Below are positions 14,435 through 28,640 of a DNA stretch of 64,000 nt, one piece after another. The position numbers and the translations under genes are program-made. Below the pieces are notes generated by a model. It had not been told where the DNA came from. It was given only the letters and a program-made list of their open reading frames with translations, and did not search any database. Position 1 is the first letter of the stretch, and the number at the start of each line of letters is the position of its first letter. The DNA comes from Octopus sinensis (taxonomy: Eukaryota). The stretch is taken from contig NC_043000.1 in the NCBI RefSeq assembly GCF_006345805.1, positions 146,196,001-146,260,000 of the forward strand, read 5' to 3'.

Positions 14435-15659
14435 CATTTCTATTTATTGCAGAGCTTGTCATAAGCAGTTTATTGGCATTGTTGTTCTCGTTTTTTATAA
14501 TCCCATATCTACATTTCTCATGATCCATAGGCATAATCAACCAAGTGGAAACATTGTTTGGGAATTGTGTGCCTAAGCTGTATTATACAATATTCCCTTT
14601 CCTTATAAGACACGTGGTTCAGATTGGAGGTAAATATCAGGTTGTTATGTTTAGCACCTTGTGTGATTACATAGAGATTTTCTCGTAGTCTCTAGAAGTA
14701 CTTTATAGTTTCCTATTTCTCATAGCAGGTTTCCGAGATAATTTCAACTTTCTAGCATCCGATGGCAATGTTATACAGAATTGAGGGCCTAAAAGAAAAT
14801 CTATTAAAGACTGTTGAAAAGATAAATCTAAACATTTTTAGTATGATACCGATAAATTAGATTGTTATATGCGGCGCATTTAATTGTTCATTATGTTTTC
14901 TTGTCAATTGGCTGTATTTCCTAGTTTGGGTTGATATGGCTAATTCAATATGGATCATTTACACTGTGCACTGTGGTATGACATAAAGGAAGATCGTCAC
15001 TATTGTCTTCCATAAGTCGTAAGCTGATAAAAATCCACAGTTAAGTGAATGTTAACATACTTAGTGCAGTATGCTTAAAAAACAGTTAATAGTAATTATA
15101 CTGTGAGAAAAAGAGAGCATAGGCTAAAGTTATTTCTAACAATAAGGCAAGTACGGGAAATAGATCCCAAACTGCTTCATTTTTATTTGAATTGAAGCGG
15201 CAAATCATAAATGCCCCTCTACATGCTGAAGTTGTGATGAGAAGGCCACTATGTAGGCGTACACAATCACACAGGATTAAGCGTGTAAAAGTAACATTTT
15301 TAAAAGTTTAGAAAGTCTGCTTACCCAGAGATAAAATATATTTATGAAAACAAAAAGTTCATTGAGTACATTGATCATCAAATAGCTAATCAAAAACAGT
15401 TACAGATTAGGAAAAGGAAAAAAATTAAATGCATTTCTCATATTTTAATCATGTTACTCTTATAAGACCCAACCTCATGCACTCAGCGGTCCCTTGTACA
15501 TGGCCAAATTATAGGGACCCAGAACGGTCGATTTTGTCAATCCCATCGCTTCACTAATCGGTTCCAAAAGTAGGAAAGATAAAGTTCATTTTGATAAAAT
15601 ATGAAGAAAAAAGAACGCGGCAAGGCATTTTTCCGAAGATTTAAGTAACTTGTCAAAAC

Positions 15660-16380
15660 CACCACACTATATGGCTAAATAATAATTTCAAATTGTAATA
15701 CAATTCTAGTTCTTGATACGTACTTTATTTTATAGACCCTGTAAGGATGAGATGAAACAGCTAACATTGATAGGATTTGATTCAGGTAGAAATGCTTTGC
15801 AGCATTTCTGCCTAGCGCAGTAACGATTCTGTCGTCTCACAGCCTTGTATACAGCTAAATAATGGTTTCAAATTTTAGCATAGGGTCAGCAGTTTTTGAG
15901 GAGATGGACAAATCTGTTTTATCCATCCCAGAACTTGATTCGAAAACCAAAGTTAACCTCGGCACAATTTGAAATTTGAACCTAATGACAGACAAAACAC
16001 CGCTAAGCATTTTGTCCGGAGTGCTGAAATTTCTGCCAACTTGTTACTTTAGACGGCTAAATACTGATTTCAAATTATGAAATAAGACCAGCAATTTCAA
16101 GGGATAGGGTTCGTCAAATACATGGATTCCAGTACTCAACCGGTACTTATTTTATCGACACAAATGTTGACATTGGTGGAGTTACAACACTGACCATAGG
16201 CGGCTAAATATTGGCTTCATATTTTGGCACATGGCCAGTAATTCCGAGGGAATACTAAGTTAATTTGATCAATCTTAGTGTTCAACTGGTACTTATTTTA
16301 TCGATACCGAAAAGACGAGAAACAAGGTCGATCTCGAAGGAAATTTTACTCAGAACATACTGGCATACGGCTAAATATTA
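15660..16380 (-). mobile_element. Cluster of about 4 degenerate tandem SINE copies (family A related)
   Basis: Repeated GGTACTTATTTTATCGA and GCTAAGCATTTTGTCCGG.GTGCT segments, the reverse complement of the SINE at 46685. Confidence 0.6.
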
Positions 16381-19359
16381 AAAATAAAAAATTAATTACA
16401 GCAGTTTGTTTGCTTTTGTCTCTTTCGCTTTTTCTTTACCATCGAATTACATTGAATCAACTATATGTTGCTCACTACATTGATTATGTTCATACTAAAT
16501 TAACAATAGGATTAAATGAAGCTGGCATCCTGGGATAATTTCTGTCGGTGATTTATTCCTGTAATAAACTGCTGTTTAATCCAGCCAGTTTTAATAAAAA
16601 GCTTGTTATCGACTGTTCATTGGTATGATCATAAACGCATTTTAGATTCAACATTAGTGAAGTGTGTTCAACCGTTACAATGTTCCAGGATTCAAATCAG
16701 TTTTCAAACAACAAACCATTGTCTCAGTGTCCGGGAGGAAGATTTATCTGACTTTAAAAATTTTAAATAAGTTTTTACAAAGAATTACCAGGTTAAGCTT
16801 GTTATTGTTCTTAAGATATCTTGCTTTCTACAAATCGATCAGCTTTTAGGAAATGCAGCATCGATTTAAAATTTACCTAATCAGTTCTCGCTAAAGTATT
16901 AACCTTCAGCTTGCGTATTTTGAAAATATACTTTCAGGCCAGTAACAGGCAGGAATTTGAAGTCGGCATGGTTTGGTCGAAGGTGCATAAATGGCATAAG
17001 TAAAAGTAACCTTCTTTACTTTTAACATTAATCACTTTATACTGTTCATTTATTTAACTGACTAATCACTCAAAGTTTGAAAGTTATCAATTAAATTTAT
17101 TCTTCAAAAGTTATATCACTGTCGAAATATTCACACATCCTATAAAGAGCGTAATGTCTATATAGACAGTACTATTGTCACTAATTACTCAAATATCCTT
17201 CGGCATTAGAAATATACTTTTCGTCATTTCATTAGTTGGGTTCGATAGAGAAAGCTTAGAAACGATCTAAAATTTTACAGATATGTTCCTCTTTACAATG
17301 CTGATTTTTATTTAGTAACATCATTCTTAGCATCTAATACGAAACTAGTATCTGGTCAACATGTATTTTCAATAATCAGCCGTGATAGCGAAAGAACCCA
17401 GTGTGCACGCTCACACTATATGTGTGTATCTATGTGTGTGCGCGTGTGTGTGAGTGCGTGCGTATTTAGCAGTTTATATATTCTATAATTTTATTATCGG
17501 TTCAACTAGATTCTCAGCCAATGCTGTTTTGTGAATTTTGAACCTTCAAGAGAACATGAAATAGTAAGTTGCTTTTTTTTATGTACAATTCGAAGTAGAT
17601 AAAGCTACTAATAATCTGGAAATATTAAGTTAACACCCTCTTGAATTGCAAATATGGAAGGCTAAAGTTTAAAGAAAAGACAACTTGTTATGTGTATATG
17701 TGTGTGTGTGCGAGCTTGCGCACGCCTGTGTATATATGTGCATATCTGAGTATGTATATAAATATATGTATATACGTAAATATGCATAAGTTTATATATA
17801 TCATATGCTTATATATATATATAATATTTAAATACATTACATGTTTATATAGAGTGTGCGATGGGTGCATTGTCGCCCTTTTATATTTTAATTTCCGTGC
17901 ATGCGCATTGTTAGGTTTCCCTTTTGTCGACTACACGTAAATTTTAAATGTATTGATTGCAAAAAGTGAAACCTTTTGTTTTTTTCTTCCATGAAAGAAA
18001 TAGTTATTTTCGTGCAAAAAATCTTTTTCAACAAGTTATGTTAAGTGTTATGTTATGTGTTCAGAAAGTCTTCAATGAATAACTTGATAAACAGTCAGTA
18101 ATGTTAACGCTGTAATGATTTGATCAAATGATATCTTAGAATTCATTGCTTTATCATATTTTAAAGAACTTTTTAAATACAAAAATGTCTGAGGAAGTAT
18201 TAGACTGGAATTTAGAATGATTTCTATTTTATTTATATATGTATATAATTATTGGAATTAAAATCCTTGGTCCCTCCTTCTTTGCTAGAATTAAGATTAG
18301 TGAAACACCAGCCAACACATTGTACCATTTTCGTTTTTTATTATAGCTCCTTCTTTTTTAACTCGTCGTTCAGTCATTGTTTGCAATTTATATATTCTGT
18401 TGTTACGAGATAAATGCAATTTTGACATTTCAATGGCTGGGTGCTAGAAATACCAGCAGAACAACAAGATTTCTGAGACAAAATTGCGTTTGATTAATTA
18501 AAATTATTTATTTCAATCTTCTTACAAGTAAAAGCAAAAACGTAAATTCTTATTATGCTGTACAGAATTCATTATGTTATTCGGAAATACGATAAAATTA
18601 TTTCAATCGAGGCAGATTTTAACCAAAAACTGAATCTAATACCACCCAGTTTCAAACTCAGTGTTCTACAAGTATCATAACAAGGATTAGTAGTGAATAT
18701 TTTTTAAATATGCGAGATGGATGTTTATAATTTAACAAATATTGTATAAATGTTAAATCGAAATATTACTTTGTAAAAAGATGAATATATGTAGAAAGCA
18801 AACATTTTTAAATGATTAAAAACAAACTGAAAACTATCCACTAAAACGTATTCCAGACGCATTTTATGGGACACCAGGGCTGTCAACTATTACCTGAAGA
18901 TCCTAGACGATTCCTGGAAGCCAAAACAAATACTGGAGAACTGTGACGCTTAGGTTATCTACAAATAATTTATGACTGACTCACATATGTCAAATATGAC
19001 TAATTCATCTAAGCGCTAAGACAGTTTTATGTCACATTCTTATGATACGCCGAGTCCTTGTTTCTTAAATACAATTACAACTTAAGCTGTATTTGGTCTC
19101 AGGGCATTATAGAACGGAAATCATTATGGATACTAAGTCTTCATCTTACAATAACACTTAAGTAGTGTGTTTTTTTACACAAGCATGAAATAAATTATTG
19201 AAAAGTCAGTTTCTTTCTAAATTCTTCCAGTTGCCACTCTATATCAAATGTCTGTCACACATATATTTAATTAAAACGATTCGTTCATTGCAATTCACAA
19301 GTGTGAATCAGCGAATTTATTTACACATAGTTCAGTACACAGACATATACATGTAAGCG

Positions 19360-19407
19360 TATATGTGTATATATATATATATGGTTGTATGCATGTATGT
19401 ATATATA

Positions 19408-19466
<59 letters not shown>

Positions 19467-19472
19467 CACACA

Positions 19473-19525
<53 letters not shown>

Positions 19526-19539
19526 TACATACATACTAT

Positions 19540-19585
<46 letters not shown>

Positions 19586-19606
19586 CAGTATGTATATGCA
19601 TGTATG

Positions 19607-19650
<44 letters not shown>

Positions 19651-19710
19651 GACGTGTATGTTTGTGTGTGTGTTTGTGCGTGTGTGTATGTGTGTGTGCG
19701 TGTGTGTGTG
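19360..19710. repeat. Long compound (TA)n/(TG)n microsatellite
   Basis: Seen directly. Confidence 0.95.
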
Positions 19711-20599
19711 TGTAGTGTCTGTGTCAGTGTCAGTGAAGTGTCACAAACACCTTTGTAAAATTTAAACATGGTAGATTTAGTATGTAAATATTTCCAATAC
19801 TTTAAGCTAATACACAGTGAAATCAGTAGGATCGAACAACTGATTAGAGACCATTGCTAAACCTTGAGAAAACTTGATGAACTTCTTTGACTTATAAATT
19901 TCCAAAACGAAGAATGAAGATAAACTTTTGAACTTCCAATTTCGTCAAAACAACACTCGCCAGTAATCAATAAAAACAAAAGAGAGTATTATTTTTAGTA
20001 TTACCATTACTCTTGTTATCGATACATTTTCTTCGTTTTTCTCCTTTTACAAGAGTAGAGAAATTATATAGAAAAACACTGACATTTATTGATTGTATAA
20101 TGGAGATTATGGATAACCAAATAGTTTGCAAAGATCTGTGAATAGTTATAAGTAAACAAAACAACCTATGATAAATGTAACAAATATATAATGAAATGAT
20201 ATATATACCTTATGGCAAGTAACTTAGGGAGACATGTCAATAAATTCTTATCTGAAGTTGAGTAGCACTGCGAGATGGTTTCCCAGCCGCTTGTAGACTT
20301 AATATTATTTATATTACACTAGGCTGGGTGAGTATGGTTAATGTTCAGGACAGCGTCGTACAACTTACAATTCAGATAGTTGAATAGAGTATAATACAGT
20401 TATATACATAGAGAGCAATGAGCACATACGGTAATGTGTATATATTTATATAATAAATAACGTACATTAATGTATACTATGTATACATATATATATAGAA
20501 TATCTGCCCATGAGGAAATATCTTCTACTACCATGTTCTTACTGATGAAATTCACCTCTCTGTCTATATACCTACCCTCTTTGGAATGTTGGCAAATGG

Positions 20600-20865
20600 A
20601 ATAAGTATAAAAATGAACAGTGTCAATTTAATTTTAAAAATTCCATATGTGGCTGAAGAGTGCTCTACATTTTAAAACTGATGTAATACTTACATTGTTT
20701 AATTAAATGAAGTAGCATGAAACGATTGTACTACACTACCTTTGGATATACTCGTTGCTTATTTTGATTATAATCCCCCATTTGATTTATATGGATAATA
20801 CCATACCAAATTCTGGTGCCTTTAACTTAAGTACCATATTCATCTGAATCTAAATTTTTGCTGAA

Positions 20866-20872
<7 letters not shown>
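20600..20872 (+). mobile_element. Penelope-like element 3' tail fragment
   Basis: HHR, then about 135 bp, then (TA)n; the tail is homologous to the reverse complement of 36664-36800. Confidence 0.55.
20648..20735 (+). ncRNA. Type I hammerhead ribozyme motif with long helix II, in a PLE-type tail
   Basis: UGUGG-CUGAAGA-GUGCU...AGCAU-GAAAC-GAUU-GUA-CUACA: intact core, 5-bp helix I, quasi-palindromic helix III (ACGAUUGU). Confidence 0.7.
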
Positions 20873-20901
<29 letters not shown>

Positions 20902-20908
20902 CATATTC

Positions 20909-21160
20909 AGTTGTGTCTGGTGCGAGTCATTCTCTTTTAATGCCTTATAATTTAACACACTCACTAGTTAAATTTCCACTCATTTCCTTATTTGTTTTTC
21001 TAAAATTTTCTATGCGTCTTGCAAACTTTCCAATATTGAAAATGATGCAAGGCACGACGAAACCTTTAGAAAAATAAATATGTAAATGAGTGGAAATTTT
21101 ACTAGTGAGTGTTTTAGATTATAAGGCACTAAATGAGAATGATTCTCCCCAGACACAACA
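20909..21160. repeat. Fold-back element, about 126-bp diverged arms, hinge CAAT|ATTG at 21034/21035
   Basis: Arms are reverse complements, e.g. CACTCACTAGT(T/A)AAATTTCCACTCATTT. Confidence 0.88.
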
Positions 21161-21267
21161 GATTATACTTCAACACACGAACTCATATAAAGAAACCAAA
21201 CCCCAAGCCGAAACATAGACAGTTATATATATATATATATAATATATATATATATATGCATATATGT

Positions 21268-21322
<55 letters not shown>

Positions 21323-21935
21323 TATATGTATACATACATACATACGCATACACACACATACGGATAGATAGTTATAGATAGATCTATGTTGATATATAGA
21401 AATAACAGTATGTGCTATATAAAGGTTTGTATTGTTTAGTAGATGAGAAAGTGTAGTCATAACGCCATTCAAAGGATCACTCGATTAAGAAGAATTTTGC
21501 ACAAACATTTCATTGCCAAAGGGTAAATTTGAACGATATTACGGAATGGCGGTAAAAACACACTAGAAAAGTTTGGGTTTTTTTTTTTATAAAATTGCAT
21601 CAGTCGTTTAATATGTTTATCTCCCTATAAATATAGAGATATTTATTCAACTCTTCAAAAAACTCAATATCAAAGTAATCAACCAAACATCAAGTCACAT
21701 ATTCAAATCTTTGCGACTCAAAGAGATGGTGGTAGCAAAGTACGCCTATGAATTTATGTAGGAGTATCTGTGTACGTGAACGTGTATATAAGGGTGTATA
21801 TGTATAAACATAAACATATACATTTATTAATATGCGCAAATGTTTATGTACCCACACACATACATATATATGTGTACTTATATATGTATGTGTGTATGTA
21901 CAAATGCATGCACACGCGCGGGCATACACATACAC

Positions 21936-21966
<31 letters not shown>

Positions 21967-21989
21967 GAGCACTCTTCAGCCACATATGT

Positions 21990-22080
21990 GTGTGTGTGTG
22001 CGTGTGTGTGTATATATGTATATTTATATGCGTGCGTATATATGTATATATATATATATGTGTGTGTGTGTACTTATATA

Positions 22081-22113
<33 letters not shown>

Positions 22114-22144
22114 GTGTGAGTATATATATATATGTATATATATG

Positions 22145-22176
<32 letters not shown>

Positions 22177-22200
22177 AATATTCTTGTTGCTTATTTTGTG

Positions 22201-22236
<36 letters not shown>

Positions 22237-22266
22237 ATATATATATATATATATTATATATATATA

Positions 22267-22305
<39 letters not shown>

Positions 22306-22310
22306 TACAT
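21990..22310. repeat. Long compound (TG)n/(TA)n microsatellite
   Basis: Seen directly. Confidence 0.95.
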
Positions 22311-22899
22311 ACGTAGATGCATACATTCATATTTAAAATATTTCATTTACAAAAAGTATTTTGTACTAATCTTCTACAATTCTGATTTCAGTACGTTTTA
22401 ATGGAAATTCCTATTGCAATGTTTCTTTTGAAGAATAATATAGATTTATATCATTACAAGGAAATTCATATTCACAGGTGGAAGGAAAAGTGAACGCATA
22501 TATGCATGTAAAATTAGAATTCAGTACAATTTATAGGAAAATAACGTAGCATATATTATCAGGTGACTAGTACAGGAAGAAAAAATCTTAATAGAAATGA
22601 AAAAAGGACGAAAAATAAAAAAAAATGATTAAACTATTGAAGTTTATATTTAAAATATGAATTGAATTTAATATATATTCTATAAATGTATGTCTATTAC
22701 ATATCTGTAAATGTGAATACTTATACTTGGATGGTTGTATATTTTGACTGTCAGGGTTAGTATGTGTTGCATACACATAAGCACACATATACACACGCTC
22801 TCATATACATGCATATATAATTCAATGTATGTATATGAATGTATTTGAATTTAGTGTGTTTCTGTGTGCATGGGTACACGTGTGTGCATATGGGTATGG

Positions 22900-23580
22900 T
22901 TTCAAGATGGCATCTTCCGAGATTGGAGGTTCAGAGACCAGCATGCTTTTGAATTGTTCAGCCCATGTTTAAAGCATCCACATTTGCTCCCGCTTTATCA
23001 GCTGTGGAAATATGCCATAATGTAGAGGCTCAATATACTTAGCTGTTTGATCTCACAAAATGCCAGGAATGATGATGAGGTGACAGCATACATATTTAAG
23101 GCCAATAAGTCATTTGGACACCTACAGTATTACTTGCGGTTACAATATGTTAAGCTAACTTATGATTCGAGTTTATTTTATTGTAGTTCTACTTACCCAC
23201 TTTCATATCGATTAGACTTAGATATCGAACCACTAACTCTAGCGAAAACAGTATCAGTCGCACATGAGCTGCATGGAACAAATCTAAATCGTCTCTTGGA
23301 ATGACAACACCACTAACACTAAGTTACTGAAAAGATGCAAAACCGCACGCATCGAGAACATCATCATGCAAAACCAGTTGCTTTGGACTGGTCTTGTATC
23401 ATGAATTGGTGGGAGGGTTAACCTTAAGTTTCTCCTATGTATCCAGCCGTACAACGGTTACTAGGCAAAGGGGGAACATTGTGAGCTATGCAATGATGCC
23501 CTGAAAGCTATCGAAAAGTCGCTTGTTATGCATTCTATATAATGCGTAGTATAAACTAGAAACTCGAATAGCAGCTGGAT
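22900..23580 (+). mobile_element. Old RTE-clade LINE fragment (post-RT region)
   Basis: ILSCLISQNARNDDEVTAYIFKANKSFGHL resembles YLGS.IS....DDE...RI.KA...FGRL; downstream LLWTG resembles LRWAGH. Confidence 0.55.
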
Positions 23581-23894
23581 AGATAGGTTTTGTTTTTAGA
23601 TAGTTTGTATGGCATCTGGTCATCTGCCGAGAGATAAAACTCATTGCCACACACAAGACAACTTCACTATTATCATAGTGACCTAGTCATAATTAACGGA
23701 TTTATTCTAAAGAAAACAGGATTTGTTGCATGTGTATCATCAATATTTGTCACCGGAGTGATTGTCGTAGACAATCAGATGTGTAAAATTTGTTGTTGGA
23801 CATGGATTAATACTTTCACATTAATACATATATACATGCACATACAAACACGCACACACACACACACATACATACACAAACACACACACACACA

Positions 23895-24048
23895 CGTATA
23901 TATGATCAAAATAAACAACAAGATATCAAATAGTGGTGCAGTACGACCGTTTCAAGCAGCTCCATTTAATTGAACACGCGTATATATGATCAAAATAAGC
24001 AACAAGATATCAAGTAGTGATGCAGCACGACCGTTTCGAGCGGCTCCT
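23895..24048. repeat. Tandem duplication of about 78 bp
   Basis: GTATATATGATCAAAATAA.CAACAAGATATCAA.TAGTG.TGCAG.ACGACCGTTTC.AGC.GCTCC present twice. Confidence 0.85.
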
Positions 24049-24050
24049 AT

Positions 24051-24300
24051 TCTCTGCAGAATAGTCTTAATGGTAAAAATTTCAATTCCTTTAGTAGCGT
24101 AAAAAAGATACCTTGATGAATTCTTTGCCATGAAACCACCTCAATTCTGGGAAGAGGGTATTTTCAAGTTAAAGGAAAGATGGAAACGTATTGTGCAACA
24201 AAATGGTTCATATTTGGTTGATTAAAAATGTAATGGCAAGTATTTTCTGACATTTTTCTTTCCTTTAAAAATCTGCATGAACTTTCCGGACAACCCAATA
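24051..24300 (+). mobile_element. Mariner 3' end with terminal inverted repeat
   Basis: SLQNSLNGKNFNSF..YLDEFFAMKPPQFWEEGIFKLKERWKRIVQQNGSYLVD* followed by GAACTTTCCGGACAACCCAATA. Confidence 0.88.
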
Positions 24301-26104
24301 TTTAAACAACGAAATTTTGTCCTGATTCTCTAATTAACTTATTACGTGTCCTATAGTGGTAAACATTTTGACTACTTGAGATGAATGATCCGCTTGGTAT
24401 TCAAATAGAATATCCGAATGTTGACATCTACACGATCAACACAAGGTTAGGATGGCTATTCGACATGACTAATATACAGAGTAGTCGAATTGGTAAGAGG
24501 TATTATGTTTTAGGCGGAGAATCTGTTGCATCGCTAGCCTTTAGTACATATGTTACGCAACAAGCCATTCCAAGGTGCAGCTTCTATTTTTGTTTTTGGA
24601 GGCTATGCAAAATAATAGCACGTGTGTATGCGTGATGTTAAACTGCGTTCGAGAATGAACGTTTGCAAATGATTTAAATAGATTTCATTAGGATTCCATT
24701 TTAGACGTGTGTGTGTGAGTATAGCAGTAGCAACTGTTTATAGAACGGTATCATTGTGGACATCTCTTGAAATTGTTCGAAGCTAGATTATTTCCTGGAA
24801 GATTTAGAGAAACCTAATTAAAGCCGATCTTGAAAGGATTAGGGAATAGTCTGTTATCTTACGCTATACACTAGTGATCGCCTAATCATAAAATTTCAAA
24901 GAAGAAAACGAACCTTTTTTTCCACTTAAGGAAGAAGAGATAAACATTAGAATTGTTTACAATTTGCCGAAGTATATAATTTAGTGTAATTTTATACAAA
25001 GGTGTTGCCTAAAAGATTAGTGTTGTTCTAAAATAGAATTATAGCATCAGAATTACGCTGCTTACCTCAACAATATTATATTGGTTGAACTAGCTGCCAG
25101 GAATAAGCTATTAATACAAATTCGGTTTCCGATTTATTGAGGTTTTTTAACTTGATGTCTCAGTTACAGGCGGAGACTTGAATAATGATTCGATCAAGAA
25201 AAAAAGGATTCAATGTAGTCGCCCGGATCTTTCCTGGTTATGTGGCCAAAAGACAGTTTTATATAATTCTACGTTGTATGTACTTTTGTCTATTTGTTCT
25301 GATAACCTCGGTTAAAACATTCGATCCATATCGAAGTATATATTATAGTGTATACACAGAATGATAGACTGGTAGATAAAGGTTAGAGTTTAATCAGGGG
25401 ATTAGGGAAATCTTTCAGAAACTGAATGATTCAATAGTTGAGAATGCAATGTAAAATTTATTTACAGATCATCCACTGACTGCAGATGTTTGTAAAACAG
25501 TAAATCTAAACCTATCGATTTATCGATTTATCACCACAGACATTGATATACTTCTATATTTTCTCATCGATCCTCTGTCACATCTTGATATGTGTGTGAG
25601 TGTGTTTATTCATGCGTGCATGTGTGTGTATGTTTGTGTGTCTGTGGTTATACATATATGTGGTTATACATATATGTATGTATATCGAACGTACACGCAT
25701 TTAAGTATGTAATAGGATTGAAGTTAATCTACTATAAAGGTGCGATGTCCTTTGTTAATCTGATTCTAGTTGAAGAATGTTTATCGAATAATCCGTCAAC
25801 ATCAACTGTTTAGTTTGAGCTTTTTTTACTTAAATCCCATTCAAGAATACTTTATCCACCTTTTGATGTTGATTAATCGCACTTCTATTTCGTTAGTAGG
25901 GCGTACATTTGCGTACATTTGTATGATCTTATGCATGTAAGTATGTATGTCATTATTCCGCTTATTTCAACAATTCTTGGCAATAAGTAAAGATCCGGTT
26001 TCTAACCTAGATCCAAAGTTCCTTCATTGGAATTTCAACATCAAGAACATGGTATTTTTGTTTGTATGTATGTAGATCTGTATGCATGTATATATGTATA
26101 TAGT

Positions 26105-26430
26105 GGAGGCGCAATGGCCCAGTGGTTAGGGCAGCGGACTCGCGGTCATAGGATCGCGGTTTCGAGGCTCCGGCAGGTAATGGTGCTGATCCCTGCTGTA
26201 CTCTTTCACCACAACTTTCTCTCACTCTTACTTCCTGTTTCTGTTGTACCTGCATTTCAAAGGGCCGGCCTTGTCACTCTCTGTGTCACGCTGAATATCC
26301 CCGAGAACTACGTTAAGGGTACACGTGTCTGCGGAGTGCTCAGCCACTTACACGTTAATTTCACGAGCAGGCTGTTCCGTTGATTCGGAGCAACCGGAAC
26401 CCTCGTCGTCGTAACCGACAGAGTGCTTCC
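26105..26430 (+). mobile_element. tRNA-derived SINE (family C)
   Basis: A-box-like TGGCCCAGTGGTT and B-box-like GGTTTCGAGGCTCC head, followed by a body ending in a microsatellite. Confidence 0.75.
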
Positions 26431-26435
26431 ATCCA

Positions 26436-26469
<34 letters not shown>

Positions 26470-26501
26470 TCCATATATGTGTGTGTATGTATGTATGTAT
26501 G

Positions 26502-26870
26502 TTGAGAGGCGGTTGGATGGAACCTACACTCGCCTCCTTATGAGAGCTCAAAATCTCCCGTGGAAGCGCCATCCAACCAAAATGCAATATATGGGAAACT
26601 ACCACCTGTGTCATCTCTTGTGAAAGGTAGGAGAGTCCAATTTGCTGGACATTGTTGTAGAGCTGAAAAAGAAGTAATTTCTACTCTTCTCCTCTGGAAG
26701 CCATCTACTCGCAATACCAGAGGGCGCACACTCTCCTACCCTGATGTAATCTCCAGGGATACAGGCATCCAGCAACAGGACCTCCGTAATGTCATGATGG
26801 ACCGTGAAGTCTGGCGTAGCATGGTAAATTCCATTGTCTCGACCACGGTCGAACAATGATGATGATGTAT
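26502..26870 (+). mobile_element. 5'-truncated RTE-type LINE 3' end
   Basis: ERRLDGTYTRLLMRAQNLPWKRHPT/IYGKLPPVSSLVKGRRVQFAGHCCRAEKEVISTLLLWKP...DREVWR* with one frameshift, followed by a (TGA)n(TGTA)n tail. Confidence 0.85.
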
Positions 26871-27377
26871 GTATGTACGTATGTATGTACGTATGTATGT
26901 ATGCATGTATGTTTGTATGTATGTATGTATGGTCGCTTGCATGTATGCATATGTCTGTATTTACATAAAAGTATACAGGTGTGATCGCAGAGTGTGGGAT
27001 GATTCTCTTGCTGTATCTTACAAATTTAGTTTTATTTTGAGTTTGTCTGTGTTTACCTAACTATATTTCAGTATTTTCGTACACACTTTTTCTACTCCAC
27101 TTTTTTTTATGAATTTTCCAATATATCTATATTTATACACTTATTTCAGTCGGTTCTTTTTCAACTTGATTTATTATATCATTTTCTTCGCTTCTTTTAT
27201 CATTTTCTTGTATTTTTGTGTGACTCCTTAAAGCAATCTCATTTGGTTTCAGCCAACTACAGAAATCATCATCAGTCTTTTTTTATGTAAAATATTTTTC
27301 ATGTATTATTTCAGTCATTGTCCTGGTTCTTTTTAGTTCATTTACTCGTCTGTATCACATCATATTATCATTATAAG

Positions 27378-27378
<1 letters not shown>

Positions 27379-27449
<71 letters not shown>

Positions 27450-27487
27450 CATTATTGTTATTATTATTATTATTATTGTTATTGTTA

Positions 27488-27528
<41 letters not shown>

Positions 27529-27544
27529 GTTATTGTTATTGTTA

Positions 27545-27604
<60 letters not shown>

Positions 27605-27721
27605 ATATTATTATTATTATTAATATTATTATTATTATTATAATTATCATTATCATTATTATTAGTATTAGTATTATTATTATTGTTGCTATTATTGTTG
27701 TTGTTGTTATTATTATTATTG

Positions 27722-27765
<44 letters not shown>

Positions 27766-27775
27766 GTTGTTGTTG
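27379..27775. repeat. (ATT)n/(GTT)n trinucleotide microsatellite
   Basis: Seen directly; source of the poly-Y/I/L ORFs. Confidence 0.97.
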
Positions 27776-28640
27776 ATGGTGCTGTTGTTGTGCTTCTGGT
27801 GTGGTTGTGGTTGTAGTTTGTAATATATTTAATATTATTTTGTTGTTTTTTGTTTTTATGTTATCATTCTACTTTTCATCCCTCTCCTCTTTTTCATCCT
27901 CCCTTCCTCTTCCATCTCCTCCTCCTACTTTTCCTCTTCCTCCTCCTCCTACTCCTCACCTACTATTACTACAACTATATTCATAGAATTACTATTGATG
28001 ATGGTGTTGGTCATGTTCTTACTGTTTATTTTTTATTCTTCTCTCTTTTGTTTTTTTTTTTTGTTAATGTCCCTGTCATTGTCATCATCGTCATCGACGG
28101 TGTTGTTGTTGTTAGCCTCATTAACTCTATTGTGGTCGCAATTGTTCATGTCTCCTGAAATTTTTCCACGTTCGCAGTTTCAAAAACTGCATCTTCCCAT
28201 GACTACACTCCTACATCACGTCTTTTGAACTATTTTGCCCAATTTAAATTTGACTTTTTTTGTGTGTCGGTTAGTTTCTTTTTCTCTTCATTAATTACTT
28301 TCTGTGCTAGTCATTCAGTCTGTATCTGTTTCTGTTTCTTTTCCCCTTTTTGTTCTTTTTTTTATGCATTTCAGTCTTCTTGTCTTTCGAACCAGTGTTG
28401 TTACTGTCATAATAAGTAAAGATGGTGATACAGATGACCAAACTGTTGAATACTTTCATACTCTTGACTATTTAGTTCAAAGAAATTCAAATTTTATGTT
28501 CTGTTCAAAACGTTAAAACATTGACATAAACAACTGTAATTTAAACAAAAGACGTATAACCCCACCACACATATTCATACGTACATACACACGCGCAAGC
28601 GAGCGCACACGTACACATACATACATACGTACATACATAT

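Noticed and set aside
24380-25500. Possible ancient Tc1/mariner remnant
   Set aside because: No DDE/D motifs or TIRs recoverable by eye.
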